A stretch of DNA of 64,000 bases from an uncultured Flavobacteriaceae bacterium (GTDB lineage Bacteria; Bacteroidota; Bacteroidia; Flavobacteriales; Flavobacteriaceae). Of the stretch, positions 9,165 through 17,680 are shown piece by piece. The first letter of the stretch is position 1. Every line of letters begins with the position of its first letter. The notes under the pieces are model-generated. The model was given only the letters and a program-made list of their open reading frames with translations. It was not told the origin of the DNA and did no database searches. The translations under genes and the position numbers were made by a program. Where the stretch lies: NCBI GenBank assembly GCA_913048215.1, contig CAJWXC010000001.1, forward strand, positions 22,747 to 86,746, written 5' to 3'.

Positions 9165-9212
9165 AAGACTCCAACCCATAGCGGCCCCAAAGCTATTTGT
9201 TGGAGTTTTTTT
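9165..9212 (+). terminator. Intrinsic terminator of the CAP gene
   Basis: ACTCCAAC-cc-ATAGC-[GGCCCCAAA]-GCTAT-tt-GTTGGAGT followed by a T tract. Confidence 0.8.
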
Positions 9213-9246
9213 ATGTACTTTTATGGTATAACAAAAAAGTGTAGCC

Positions 9247-9780
9247 ATGGCAATTCAAAAACCGTTTAACTTAAACCAGTGGATTAAAGACAATAGAGCG
9301 TTACTAAAGCCCCCTGTTGGAAACAAAAACCTATACAAAGAAGCTGGAGATTATATTGTTATGATTGTAGGAGGCCCTAATGCGCGTAAAGACTACCATT
9401 ACAATGAAACAGAAGAATTGTTTTACCAATTAGAGGGTAACATTCAGGTTCACATTCAAGAAGATGGTGTAAAAAAAACGATGGAACTTGGTCCTGGAGA
9501 TATGTATCTGCATCCGGCCAAAGTGCCCCACTCTCCGGTACGTGGCGAAAACTCAATTGGGCTTGTGATAGAGCGCAACAGAAAAAAATTAAACGTCAAT
9601 GACGGTTTACTTTGGTTTTGCGAATCTTGCAATGAAAAATTACACGAAGTGTACTTCCCTTTAAACGATGTGGAAGTAGACTTTTTTAAACATTTTAAAG
9701 ACTTTTACGGCAGTGAAGATTTAAGAACCTGCAACAATTGTAAAACTGTAATGGAGGTAGACAAAAGGTTCACTAACTAG
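9247..9780 (+). CDS. nbaC: 3-hydroxyanthranilate 3,4-dioxygenase
   Basis: LKPPVGNK, GGPNARKDYH, EELFYQLEG, PHSPVR, and C-terminal CxxC...CxxC rubredoxin-like site. Confidence 0.95.
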   Translation: MAIQKPFNLNQWIKDNRALLKPPVGNKNLYKEAGDYIVMIVGGPNARKDYHYNETEELFYQLEGNIQVHIQEDGVKKTMELGPGDMYLHPAKVPHSPVRGENSIGLVIERNRKKLNVNDGLLWFCESCNEKLHEVYFPLNDVEVDFFKHFKDFYGSEDLRTCNNCKTVMEVDKRFTN

Positions 9781-9823
9781 AAATGGATTATAGGAAAAAG
9801 TTTTTTTAGGGTTTTGCCTTATT

Positions 9824-10402
9824 TTGTTCTCGCTTTGCAATGCTCAAAAGCCCAAACTATATTTAGGAACAGAGTTGCAAAAAATATCTGAATCTCAGTA
9901 CAATAAAATAGAAAAGGAAAGCCACCTTTTGCTTTCTTACCAAAGTGATTCTCTAGAGGTTTTTGTGAAAATGAAACGAGAAATCACTGGCGTACTCTCT
10001 AAAAAAGAGCTTAAAAATCTGCGCCTTGGCTATGAAATTTCTAGTTCAAAAAAATTAAACCCCCAACAAGGTATTGTGATCCAGTATTACCCAGGCGAGG
10101 ACCCATGCAACAGCAGTGGCAACAGCTCTTTTATTGAAAAAAAACATAGATCAAGTAAAAAACAAATAGAAAAAACAGCACATTATGCGGCTTATTTTGT
10201 TTACAAAAACACTACTGGACTCCACCAATCCAAAAAGAGTGTGGATTGGTATTTAGATCACAATCAAACAATAGAAAATTTATTTTTCCCGTTACATTTC
10301 AACTGTGGTAGTTTTGTAATTATAAAGCCTAGCGGGGCGTATTACAGCTATAAATCAGAGTATTCAAACACTACACTGTTCAAGGTTTTAAGTGAGTTTT
10401 AA
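9824..10402 (+). CDS. Hypothetical secreted protein; the probable true 5' end (ATG 9783) is out of frame at a T7 run
   Basis: 192-aa ORF with YYPGEDPCNSSG and HFNCGSFVII. The signal peptide is only complete if one T is added at 9801-9807. Confidence 0.65.
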   Translation: MFSLCNAQKPKLYLGTELQKISESQYNKIEKESHLLLSYQSDSLEVFVKMKREITGVLSKKELKNLRLGYEISSSKKLNPQQGIVIQYYPGEDPCNSSGNSSFIEKKHRSSKKQIEKTAHYAAYFVYKNTTGLHQSKKSVDWYLDHNQTIENLFFPLHFNCGSFVIIKPSGAYYSYKSEYSNTTLFKVLSEF

Positions 10403-10598
10403 TAGTATACTTTAGAGTACATTAAACCTATAAACACTACTGTAATTAATTTTTTTGTGAACGTGAGCAAAATCGTATCTTCGCGCCACACTCTTTATAG
10501 CATTAACCCTTAAGAGAGTTATAAAAAACTACAGTATCTAATAAAATCCGGATTCGGAAAAACAATCCTCTACAAGTAGAGATAAAAAATAAATTTTT

Positions 10599-12152
10599 AT
10601 GGCATCAGTAGCAAAAGACTTTGGTATGGACCAAGCATTAGAACAATTAGGGCTTAAGGCCGTAAATCAAGGAACCTCAACAGGAAACTCTTGGTATCCA
10701 GGGGGAGCGCAAATCGCTTCCTATTCTCCGGTAGATGGGGCTTTGATTGGAAAAGTTACCACCACATCAAAAGAAGAATATGAAAAAGTGATCAAAACCG
10801 CTGAAAAAGCATTTTTATCTTTCAGAGCTATGCCAGCGCCACAAAGAGGTGAAATTGTTCGTCAATTTGGAAATAAGTTACGAGAACTTAAAACTCCACT
10901 AGGGAAACTGGTTTCCTATGAAATGGGAAAATCACTACAAGAAGGATATGGTGAGGTACAAGAAATGATAGACATCTGTGATTTTGCTGTAGGATTGTCA
11001 AGACAATTAAACGGTCAAACCATACCCTCTGAGCGTGCTGGTCACGTAATGAGAGAGCAGTGGCACTCCATTGGTATTGTTGGTATTATATCTGCCTTTA
11101 ATTTTCCGGTGGCTGTTTGGGCCTGGAACACAGCCCTTGCATGGGTTTGTGGTGATGTTTGTGTTTGGAAAGGAAGTGAAAAAGCGCCACTATGCTCTGT
11201 GGCATGTCAAAATATTATAGCTGGTGTATTAAAAGACAACAACCTACCTGAGGGGATCTCTTGTATTATCAATGGAGATTATACCGTTGGCGAAATGATG
11301 ACAACAGACACTAGAATACCGCTCATATCTGCAACAGGATCTACTCGTATGGGTAGAATTGTTGGCGCAACCGTTGCTGAGCGTTTTGGTAAATCATTAT
11401 TAGAATTAGGAGGTAACAATGCCATTATTATTACCCCAACTGCTGATTTAAAAGTAGTGGTTCCTGGAGCTGTATTTGGCGCCGTGGGTACTGCAGGACA
11501 ACGTTGTACCTCAACAAGAAGATTAATTATTCACCAAAGTGTGTACGATAAAGTAAGAGATGCTATTGTAGGCGCCTACAAGCAAATCATTATCGGGAAC
11601 CCACTGGATGAAAACAACCATGTAGGACCTTTAATTGATGTAGATGCTGTAAACACCTACCTGGCTGCTATTGAAAAAGCAAAAGCTGAAGGAGGAAACA
11701 TACTGGTAGAAGGCGGCGTTTTAGAAGGCCCTGGATTTGAGAGTGGATGTTATGTAAAACCAGCAATTATTGAAGCTAAAAACAGTTTTGAAATTGTACA
11801 ACATGAAACCTTTGCTCCTATTTTATACTTAATGAAATATACAGGCGAGGTAGAGCAGGCTATCGAAATGCAAAACGGAGTTGCACAAGGGCTTTCTTCT
11901 GCAATAATGACAAATGAAATGAAAGAGGCAGAAAAATTCTTGTCTTTTGCTGGTTCAGATTGCGGAATTGCCAATGTAAATATTGGAACTAGTGGTGCCG
12001 AAATTGGAGGCGCATTTGGTGGAGAGAAGGAAACTGGTGGCGGTCGCGAGAGTGGGTCTGATGCATGGAAAGTTTACATGAGAAGACAAACCAATACGGT
12101 TAATTACTCTGACGAACTTCCCCTTGCTCAAGGAATTAAGTTTGATTTGTAA
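10599..12152 (+). CDS. amaB: Aldehyde dehydrogenase, ALDH7/L-piperideine-6-carboxylate dehydrogenase type
   Basis: ISAFNFPVAV, TGSTRMG, LELGGNNA, GQRCT, ETFAPILY, FGGEKETGGGRESGSDAWK. Confidence 0.88.
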   Translation: MASVAKDFGMDQALEQLGLKAVNQGTSTGNSWYPGGAQIASYSPVDGALIGKVTTTSKEEYEKVIKTAEKAFLSFRAMPAPQRGEIVRQFGNKLRELKTPLGKLVSYEMGKSLQEGYGEVQEMIDICDFAVGLSRQLNGQTIPSERAGHVMREQWHSIGIVGIISAFNFPVAVWAWNTALAWVCGDVCVWKGSEKAPLCSVACQNIIAGVLKDNNLPEGISCIINGDYTVGEMMTTDTRIPLISATGSTRMGRIVGATVAERFGKSLLELGGNNAIIITPTADLKVVVPGAVFGAVGTAGQRCTSTRRLIIHQSVYDKVRDAIVGAYKQIIIGNPLDENNHVGPLIDVDAVNTYLAAIEKAKAEGGNILVEGGVLEGPGFESGCYVKPAIIEAKNSFEIVQHETFAPILYLMKYTGEVEQAIEMQNGVAQGLSSAIMTNEMKEAEKFLSFAGSDCGIANVNIGTSGAEIGGAFGGEKETGGGRESGSDAWKVYMRRQTNTVNYSDELPLAQGIKFDL

Positions 12153-12186
12153 GGGTTAACGCTACGTTATTTTACCCTTTGAATAC

Positions 12187-12227
12187 AAAGCCCTATAAGA
12201 TGATATATTTCTTGTAGGGCTTTTTTT
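12187..12227. terminator. Probably bidirectional intrinsic terminator between convergent genes
   Basis: AAAGCCCTATAAGA...TCTTGTAGGGCTTT followed by a T tract. Confidence 0.8.
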
Positions 12228-12957
12228 AATTACGGCCTTTTTCTTGAGGGTATAAGGTATACACGGGATCGCTTTGCCAAAACTCTTTGGTAGATGCATC
12301 CAGCACAGAAAGACTCCCTTTAAAAGCAGCTCCGGTATCTATATTCCAAAGGTTTGCAAAACTTGTTGGGATTGTCTTGCCTATTTTTGTAGTAGGAGTA
12401 TGACCTATATATATTTCTTTAAATAATAAAAGTCTTTTTGGGTATCTAATGCTTTTTTTGGAGAGCAGAGGGTCTAAGCTACACGCCATTTCCCAAAGAG
12501 ATCTATCCCAATACACAAAGTCAGGATAAAACTCATGTTTTGGTCCCCCTTGATTGGTGAAACCTGCATGGACAAACAATCTGTTTTTAGCGTCTATATG
12601 GTAATTATGTAACTGCTCTAGAAAAGCAATATGTTCATTTTTTTGCGCTTGAGAAGTATTCTTATATCCAGCCATAGTAGCTGCTCCTCCATGAGCTACC
12701 CATAAAGGATTTGTATCATTTTTAGTCAAATACCGATGTACTAGATAGTCGTGATTTCCTCTTAAAAACACACAATGGTGGGTATTACTAATAGAAATTA
12801 AAAATGAAATAACTTCCACGGCATCACTCCATCCATCCACATAATCTCCCAAAAAGATTAACGTATCATCTTTAGAAATTTGTGCACGTTTCCATACTTG
12901 TTGCAGGGCCTTTAAACCCCCATGGATATCTCCAATGACTAATGTTCTTTTTGACAT
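12226..12957 (-). CDS. Calcineurin-like metallophosphoesterase (Ser/Thr phosphatase family)
   Basis: GDIHG, GDYVD, RGNHD, GHTP, IDTG motifs. Confidence 0.92.
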   Translation of the reverse strand: MSKRTLVIGDIHGGLKALQQVWKRAQISKDDTLIFLGDYVDGWSDAVEVISFLISISNTHHCVFLRGNHDYLVHRYLTKNDTNPLWVAHGGAATMAGYKNTSQAQKNEHIAFLEQLHNYHIDAKNRLFVHAGFTNQGGPKHEFYPDFVYWDRSLWEMACSLDPLLSKKSIRYPKRLLLFKEIYIGHTPTTKIGKTIPTSFANLWNIDTGAAFKGSLSVLDASTKEFWQSDPVYTLYPQEKGRN

Positions 12958-12996
12958 AGACCCTGTATATGGTTATATTTTTTATGGAATATGAAA

Positions 12997-13965
12997 TTAG
13001 TATCCTAACTTCTCTCTAACTCTTTGCAGTACACCATCAGCTACTTTTTTAGCCTTTAGGGCGCCAACCTTAAGAGCATCGTCGATAAGTTGAGGGTTAT
13101 CCATATAATGATTGTACCGTTCTCTTTGGGTTTCAAACTTTGTGAGAATTAATTCAAAAAGCGCTTGTTTGGCATGACCATAGCCATAATTTCCACCTTT
13201 GTAATTCGCCTTCATTGCCTGAATTTCAGACTCACAGGCCAATAGTGCATAAATGGCAAAACAATTACAGTTGCTCCAATCTTTAGGATCTTGCAAAGGA
13301 GTGCTGTCTGTTTGTATCTTCATCACCTGTTTGCGCAATTGTTTTTCAGGTAAAAATATATTAAGGGTGTTGTCTCTAGATTTACTCATTTTTTGCCCAT
13401 CAATTCCTGGTATTAATTTAGTGCTTTGCTGCACCTTGGCCTCAGGCAAAATAAAGGTTTCTCCAACCCGGGCATGGAACCTTGAAGCTACATCGCGGGT
13501 CATTTCTATATGTTGTAATTGATCTTTTCCTACGGGTATATACTGGGCGTCATATAATAATATATCTGCAGCCATGAGCATTGGGTAGCTAAAAAGCCCT
13601 GAGTTTACATCCTCTAACCTATCTGCTTTGTCTTTAAAGGAATGAGCAAGAGTAAGGCGCTGATAGGGGAAAAAACAGCTCAAATACCAAGAAAGCTCTG
13701 TTACTTGAGGGATGTCGCTTTGGCGATAAAATACAGTTTTCTCTACATCCAGGCCAAAGGCCAACCAAGTAGCGGCGGTGCTGTTTGTGTTTTCACGTAA
13801 TACTGCAGCATCTTTAATTTGGGTTAGGGTATGCATGTTGGCGATAAACAAAAAACTGTCATTTTTTATATCATTTGCCATTTCAATAGCAGGCATAATA
13901 GCACCAAGTATATTCCCTAAATGGGGAGTGCCGGTACTTTGTATTCCTGTAAGTATTCTTGCCAT
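12997..13965 (-). CDS. trpS: Tryptophan--tRNA ligase
   Basis: TGIQSTGTPHLGN (HIGH-like), YPMLMAADIL, PVGKDQLQH, KMSKS. Start moved to MARIL (13965). Confidence 0.96.
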   Translation of the reverse strand: MARILTGIQSTGTPHLGNILGAIMPAIEMANDIKNDSFLFIANMHTLTQIKDAAVLRENTNSTAATWLAFGLDVEKTVFYRQSDIPQVTELSWYLSCFFPYQRLTLAHSFKDKADRLEDVNSGLFSYPMLMAADILLYDAQYIPVGKDQLQHIEMTRDVASRFHARVGETFILPEAKVQQSTKLIPGIDGQKMSKSRDNTLNIFLPEKQLRKQVMKIQTDSTPLQDPKDWSNCNCFAIYALLACESEIQAMKANYKGGNYGYGHAKQALFELILTKFETQRERYNHYMDNPQLIDDALKVGALKAKKVADGVLQRVREKLGY

Positions 13966-14059
13966 AATGATGCGCCTTAGATAGGTTAATTCTTTTATAT
14001 TACACAAAGTTACGCCTTTTCGTGTTATTAGGTAATTCAAATTGGTATTTTTGAAGCTC

Positions 14060-14800
14060 ATGAAAATAGTAACATATCCTTTTTTTGTTGTGTACAGGGT
14101 TTGGTTTTATATCCTAATCACTGTCCCAATTGTGGTGCTTTTTCCCCTGCTACTTTTAAGCACCCTAAAGCAACGCTGGTATCCAACTTTTTTTAAATTA
14201 GCCAAGATATGGGCCGGCTTTATTTTGTATGGTATGGGGTTAATTCCTAGTGTAAAAAGAGAGGCAACCTATCAAAAAAACAAGAGTTATATGTTTGTTT
14301 CAAATCACACCTCCATGACAGATATAATGCTCATGTTGTATGTTACAAAAAATCCTTTTGTATTTGTAGGAAAGAAAGAACTGAGCAAGATTCCTCTTTT
14401 TGGTTTTTTTTACAGACGTACCTGTATTTTGGTGGATAGAAAAAACCCAAGAAGCCGTAGAGATGTTTTTCAAAGTGCTCAAGAAAAACTCCGTCAAGGA
14501 TTGAGTATATGTATATTCCCAGAAGGGGGTGTTCCTGAACAGCAGAGTATCCTTTTAGACAGCTTTAAAGACGGCGCCTTTAGACTTGCTATAGAGCATC
14601 AAATTGATATAGCCCCTATGGTGTTTTTTGACAATAAAAAACGTTTTTCTTTCTCTTTTTTTAGTGGAAGCCCCGGCAAATTAAGAGTGAAAACACTTGC
14701 TCTTATTTCTACAAAAGGAACATCTTTAGACAACAAAAGAGAACTAAACCAGCTCACAAGAACTGCCATTTTAAACGAGCTGAAACACTCTTTAGCATAA
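14060..14800 (+). CDS. 1-acyl-sn-glycerol-3-phosphate acyltransferase family protein
   Basis: NHTSMTD (HxxxxD), FPEG and FKDGAF motifs; N-terminal TM segment. Confidence 0.9.
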   Translation: MKIVTYPFFVVYRVWFYILITVPIVVLFPLLLLSTLKQRWYPTFFKLAKIWAGFILYGMGLIPSVKREATYQKNKSYMFVSNHTSMTDIMLMLYVTKNPFVFVGKKELSKIPLFGFFYRRTCILVDRKNPRSRRDVFQSAQEKLRQGLSICIFPEGGVPEQQSILLDSFKDGAFRLAIEHQIDIAPMVFFDNKKRFSFSFFSGSPGKLRVKTLALISTKGTSLDNKRELNQLTRTAILNELKHSLA

Positions 14801-14824
14801 AAAAACCCTTACTATTGGTAAGGG
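14799..14824 (-). terminator. Intrinsic terminator of tatA
   Basis: On the minus strand CCCTTAC-caata-GTAAGGG followed by T7. Confidence 0.7.
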
Positions 14825-14850
14825 ATCTAAGCTTTATAACCTTAGCCAGG

Positions 14851-15039
14851 TTAGGGCTCTATTTTTGTATCTTTTTCGTCAGATGGTTCTTTAGAGGCGT
14901 CTTTGAACTCTTTTATGCCGCTACCAAGACCACGCATCAGCTCTGGTATTTTTCTACCACCAAATAATAGTAAAATAACTACCGCAATTAATACAATTTG
15001 AGGCCATCCAATGACTAAGAAAAATGATAATGCTTCCAT
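14851..15039 (-). CDS. tatA: Twin-arginine translocase subunit TatA/E
   Basis: TM helix followed by [23 protein letters not shown]. Confidence 0.95.
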   Translation of the reverse strand: MEALSFFLVIGWPQIVLIAVVILLLFGGRKIPELMRGLGSGIKEFKDASKEPSDEKDTKIEP

Positions 15040-15159
15040 AATACGTTGTTTTATAAAACAAAGGTAATAAGAAATCTCTAGATTATGTGTTTTGTATTAA
15101 AGAATACCCCCTTTGGATGGGTGGTTTATTTTATATTTGTAGAAGACAATACTAGCTAA

Positions 15160-16026
15160 ATGGTGACCAAAGAAAATAGATCTACTAAAATTAAAAAGAA
15201 ACTATTACACAAGTACCGCCTTGTTGTGCTTAATGAAGAAACCTTTGAGGAGCGTTTTTCTTTTAAATTAAACAGGCTTAATGTTTTTGTATTTAGTACG
15301 CTTTTTGCCATTTTAGTTGTTGCCATAACAGCTCTTATTATTGCTTTTACACCCTTGAGAGAATACATCCCTGGATACTCCTCTACTGCATTAAAGAAAA
15401 AAGCTACAGAGCTGTCTTACAAGACAGATTCTTTACAAAATATTATTAATGTAAACCAGCGGTACCTTAGCTCTATTCGCAAGGTGCTCTCTGGTGATGT
15501 TGAAACAGTAAATTTCAATAAAGATTCTATCCTTGAGGCGGCAAAAAACGATGTTGCGATGATAGATTTTACCCCCTCTAAGCAAGATTCTTTGTTAAGA
15601 GAGAGAGTCGCCCGGGAAGACAAATACAACCCTTTAATAAGCGCAGCAGAAATTGGGGTGGTGTTTTTTGCGCCAGTGAAAGGAGCTGTTTCTCAAGGGT
15701 ATAACCCACAAATAAAACATTTTGCAATTGATGTGGTTACCGTTAAAAGTGCTCCTGTGAAGGCCGCTGCAGATGGCACTGTTATTTTTGCAGGATGGAC
15801 CCCAAACACCGGCAATGTTATTATCCTAAAACACATTAATAACACCATCACGGCCTACAAACACAATGCCTCTCTAAGTAAAAATCAGGGAGATATCGTT
15901 AAAGGCGGAGAGGTTATTGCCACAGTGGGCAATACCGGAGAATTAACCACTGGGCCTCATCTACATTTTGAGCTTTGGCGAGAAGGGTATCCCGTAAACC
16001 CTCAAAACTTTATTGATTTTGATTAA
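15160..16026 (+). CDS. M23 family metallopeptidase
   Basis: HFAID and TTGPHLHFE motifs; N-terminal TM with TPLREYIPGY. Confidence 0.92.
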   Translation: MVTKENRSTKIKKKLLHKYRLVVLNEETFEERFSFKLNRLNVFVFSTLFAILVVAITALIIAFTPLREYIPGYSSTALKKKATELSYKTDSLQNIINVNQRYLSSIRKVLSGDVETVNFNKDSILEAAKNDVAMIDFTPSKQDSLLRERVAREDKYNPLISAAEIGVVFFAPVKGAVSQGYNPQIKHFAIDVVTVKSAPVKAAADGTVIFAGWTPNTGNVIILKHINNTITAYKHNASLSKNQGDIVKGGEVIATVGNTGELTTGPHLHFELWREGYPVNPQNFIDFD

Positions 16027-16044
16027 ACTAAAAACTACTACCGC

Positions 16045-17547
16045 GTGTCACTAAAATCTATAGCAGCATTACTATTTGCAAAACATGCAACAAGGCAAAT
16101 CAATAAATGGGCCTCTACTCCTGTCCAAACACAAGAGCGAGTTTTCAAGCAATTAATTAGTGCCGCAAAAAACACAGCCTTTGGTAAAGATCATGAGTTT
16201 AACACCATATCCTGCCACCGGGAGTTTATTAAAAAGGTCCCCATTAGAGACTACGAAGCCCTACGCCCATATGTAGATCGTGTTGTGGCCGGAGAGAAAG
16301 ATATACTATGGCCGGGCAAACCTTTATATTTTGCCAAAACCTCTGGAACCACCTCTGGAGCAAAATACATTCCTTTAACCAAAGAATCGATGCCAACACA
16401 CATCAAGGCGGCTCGAAATGCTATTTTATGCTATATCAATCAAACAAAGAAGGCCGCATTTGTAGATGGTAAGATGATTTTTTTACAAGGGAGCCCAGAA
16501 ATGACAACTCAAAACGGAATTGGCCTGGGAAGACTCTCTGGCATCGTAGCCCATTATGTGCCAAAGTATCTATTAAAAAACAGACTTCCTTCTTGGCAAA
16601 CCAATTGCATTGAAGACTGGGAGACAAAGGTTGATGCCATTGTCCAGGAAACTAAAGCAGAAAACATGACCGTAATAAGCGGGATCCCTCCATGGGTGCA
16701 AATGTATTTTGAAAAATTAACCCAGGTCACGGGTAAAAAAACAGGAGATCTCTTCAAAAACTTTGAACTCTTTATATACGGAGGTGTAAACTTTGAACCC
16801 TATCGTGCAAAATTTGAGGCCTTAATAGGTAGAAAGGTACCAAGTATAGAATTATTTCCAGCCAGTGAAGGATTTTTCGCCTTTCAGGATAGCCAGCATG
16901 ATAAAGGAATGCTTTTGCAATTAGACGGTGGCATATTTTATGAGTTTGTTGTGGCAGATGATTTTTTTAAAGAAAACCCAAAAAGGCTCACCATCTCTCA
17001 AGTTGAGCTTGGTGTTAACTACGTCCTGCTAATTTCTACGAATGCAGGATTATGGGGCTATAACATAGGAGATACCGTTGAGTTTACCTCCCTTATGCCC
17101 TACCGTGTAATAGTTACAGGACGAATCAAACATTATATATCTGCCTTTGGAGAACATGTGATTGCCAAAGAGGTAGAAACGGCAATGAAACAAGCCATGG
17201 AGAGCTTTAATTTTTCAATTTCAGAATTTACCGTTGCACCACAAACAAATCCAAAACCTGGAGAACTTGCCTACCATGAGTGGTTTATAGAGTTTGAAGA
17301 CGCCAGAGATAATTTGCCAGAGATAGCTCAAAAACTAGATTCTGAGTTGCAAAGCCAAAATAGCTATTATAAAGATCTTTTGGACGGCAGTATGTTGCAG
17401 CAACTTAAAATTAGCCCACTAGAGAAAGGAGCATTTCAGGGGTATATGAAATCCCAGGGGAAGCTTGGGGGGCAAAACAAAGTACCTAGACTCTCTAATG
17501 ATAGAAAAATTGCAGACAAGCTTGCCATCTTTAAATTAAAAACCTAG
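16045..17547 (+). CDS. GH3 auxin-responsive family protein (acyl-adenylate/amido synthetase fold)
   Basis: FAKTSGTTSGAKYIP, ASEGFFA, YNIGD and GGQNKVPRL motifs; GTG start. Confidence 0.9.
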   Translation: MSLKSIAALLFAKHATRQINKWASTPVQTQERVFKQLISAAKNTAFGKDHEFNTISCHREFIKKVPIRDYEALRPYVDRVVAGEKDILWPGKPLYFAKTSGTTSGAKYIPLTKESMPTHIKAARNAILCYINQTKKAAFVDGKMIFLQGSPEMTTQNGIGLGRLSGIVAHYVPKYLLKNRLPSWQTNCIEDWETKVDAIVQETKAENMTVISGIPPWVQMYFEKLTQVTGKKTGDLFKNFELFIYGGVNFEPYRAKFEALIGRKVPSIELFPASEGFFAFQDSQHDKGMLLQLDGGIFYEFVVADDFFKENPKRLTISQVELGVNYVLLISTNAGLWGYNIGDTVEFTSLMPYRVIVTGRIKHYISAFGEHVIAKEVETAMKQAMESFNFSISEFTVAPQTNPKPGELAYHEWFIEFEDARDNLPEIAQKLDSELQSQNSYYKDLLDGSMLQQLKISPLEKGAFQGYMKSQGKLGGQNKVPRLSNDRKIADKLAIFKLKT

Positions 17548-17680
17548 CGATTAAGTCCAAAGGTTTAAAAATTTATATCCATATCTGTGGAATAGATTTT
17601 TTTAGATCAAATGCCTGCAAATACATGGTTTGCGGCCCATGTTTTATAGCTGCCAAAAAGAATATGTTATCTTTGCGGGT

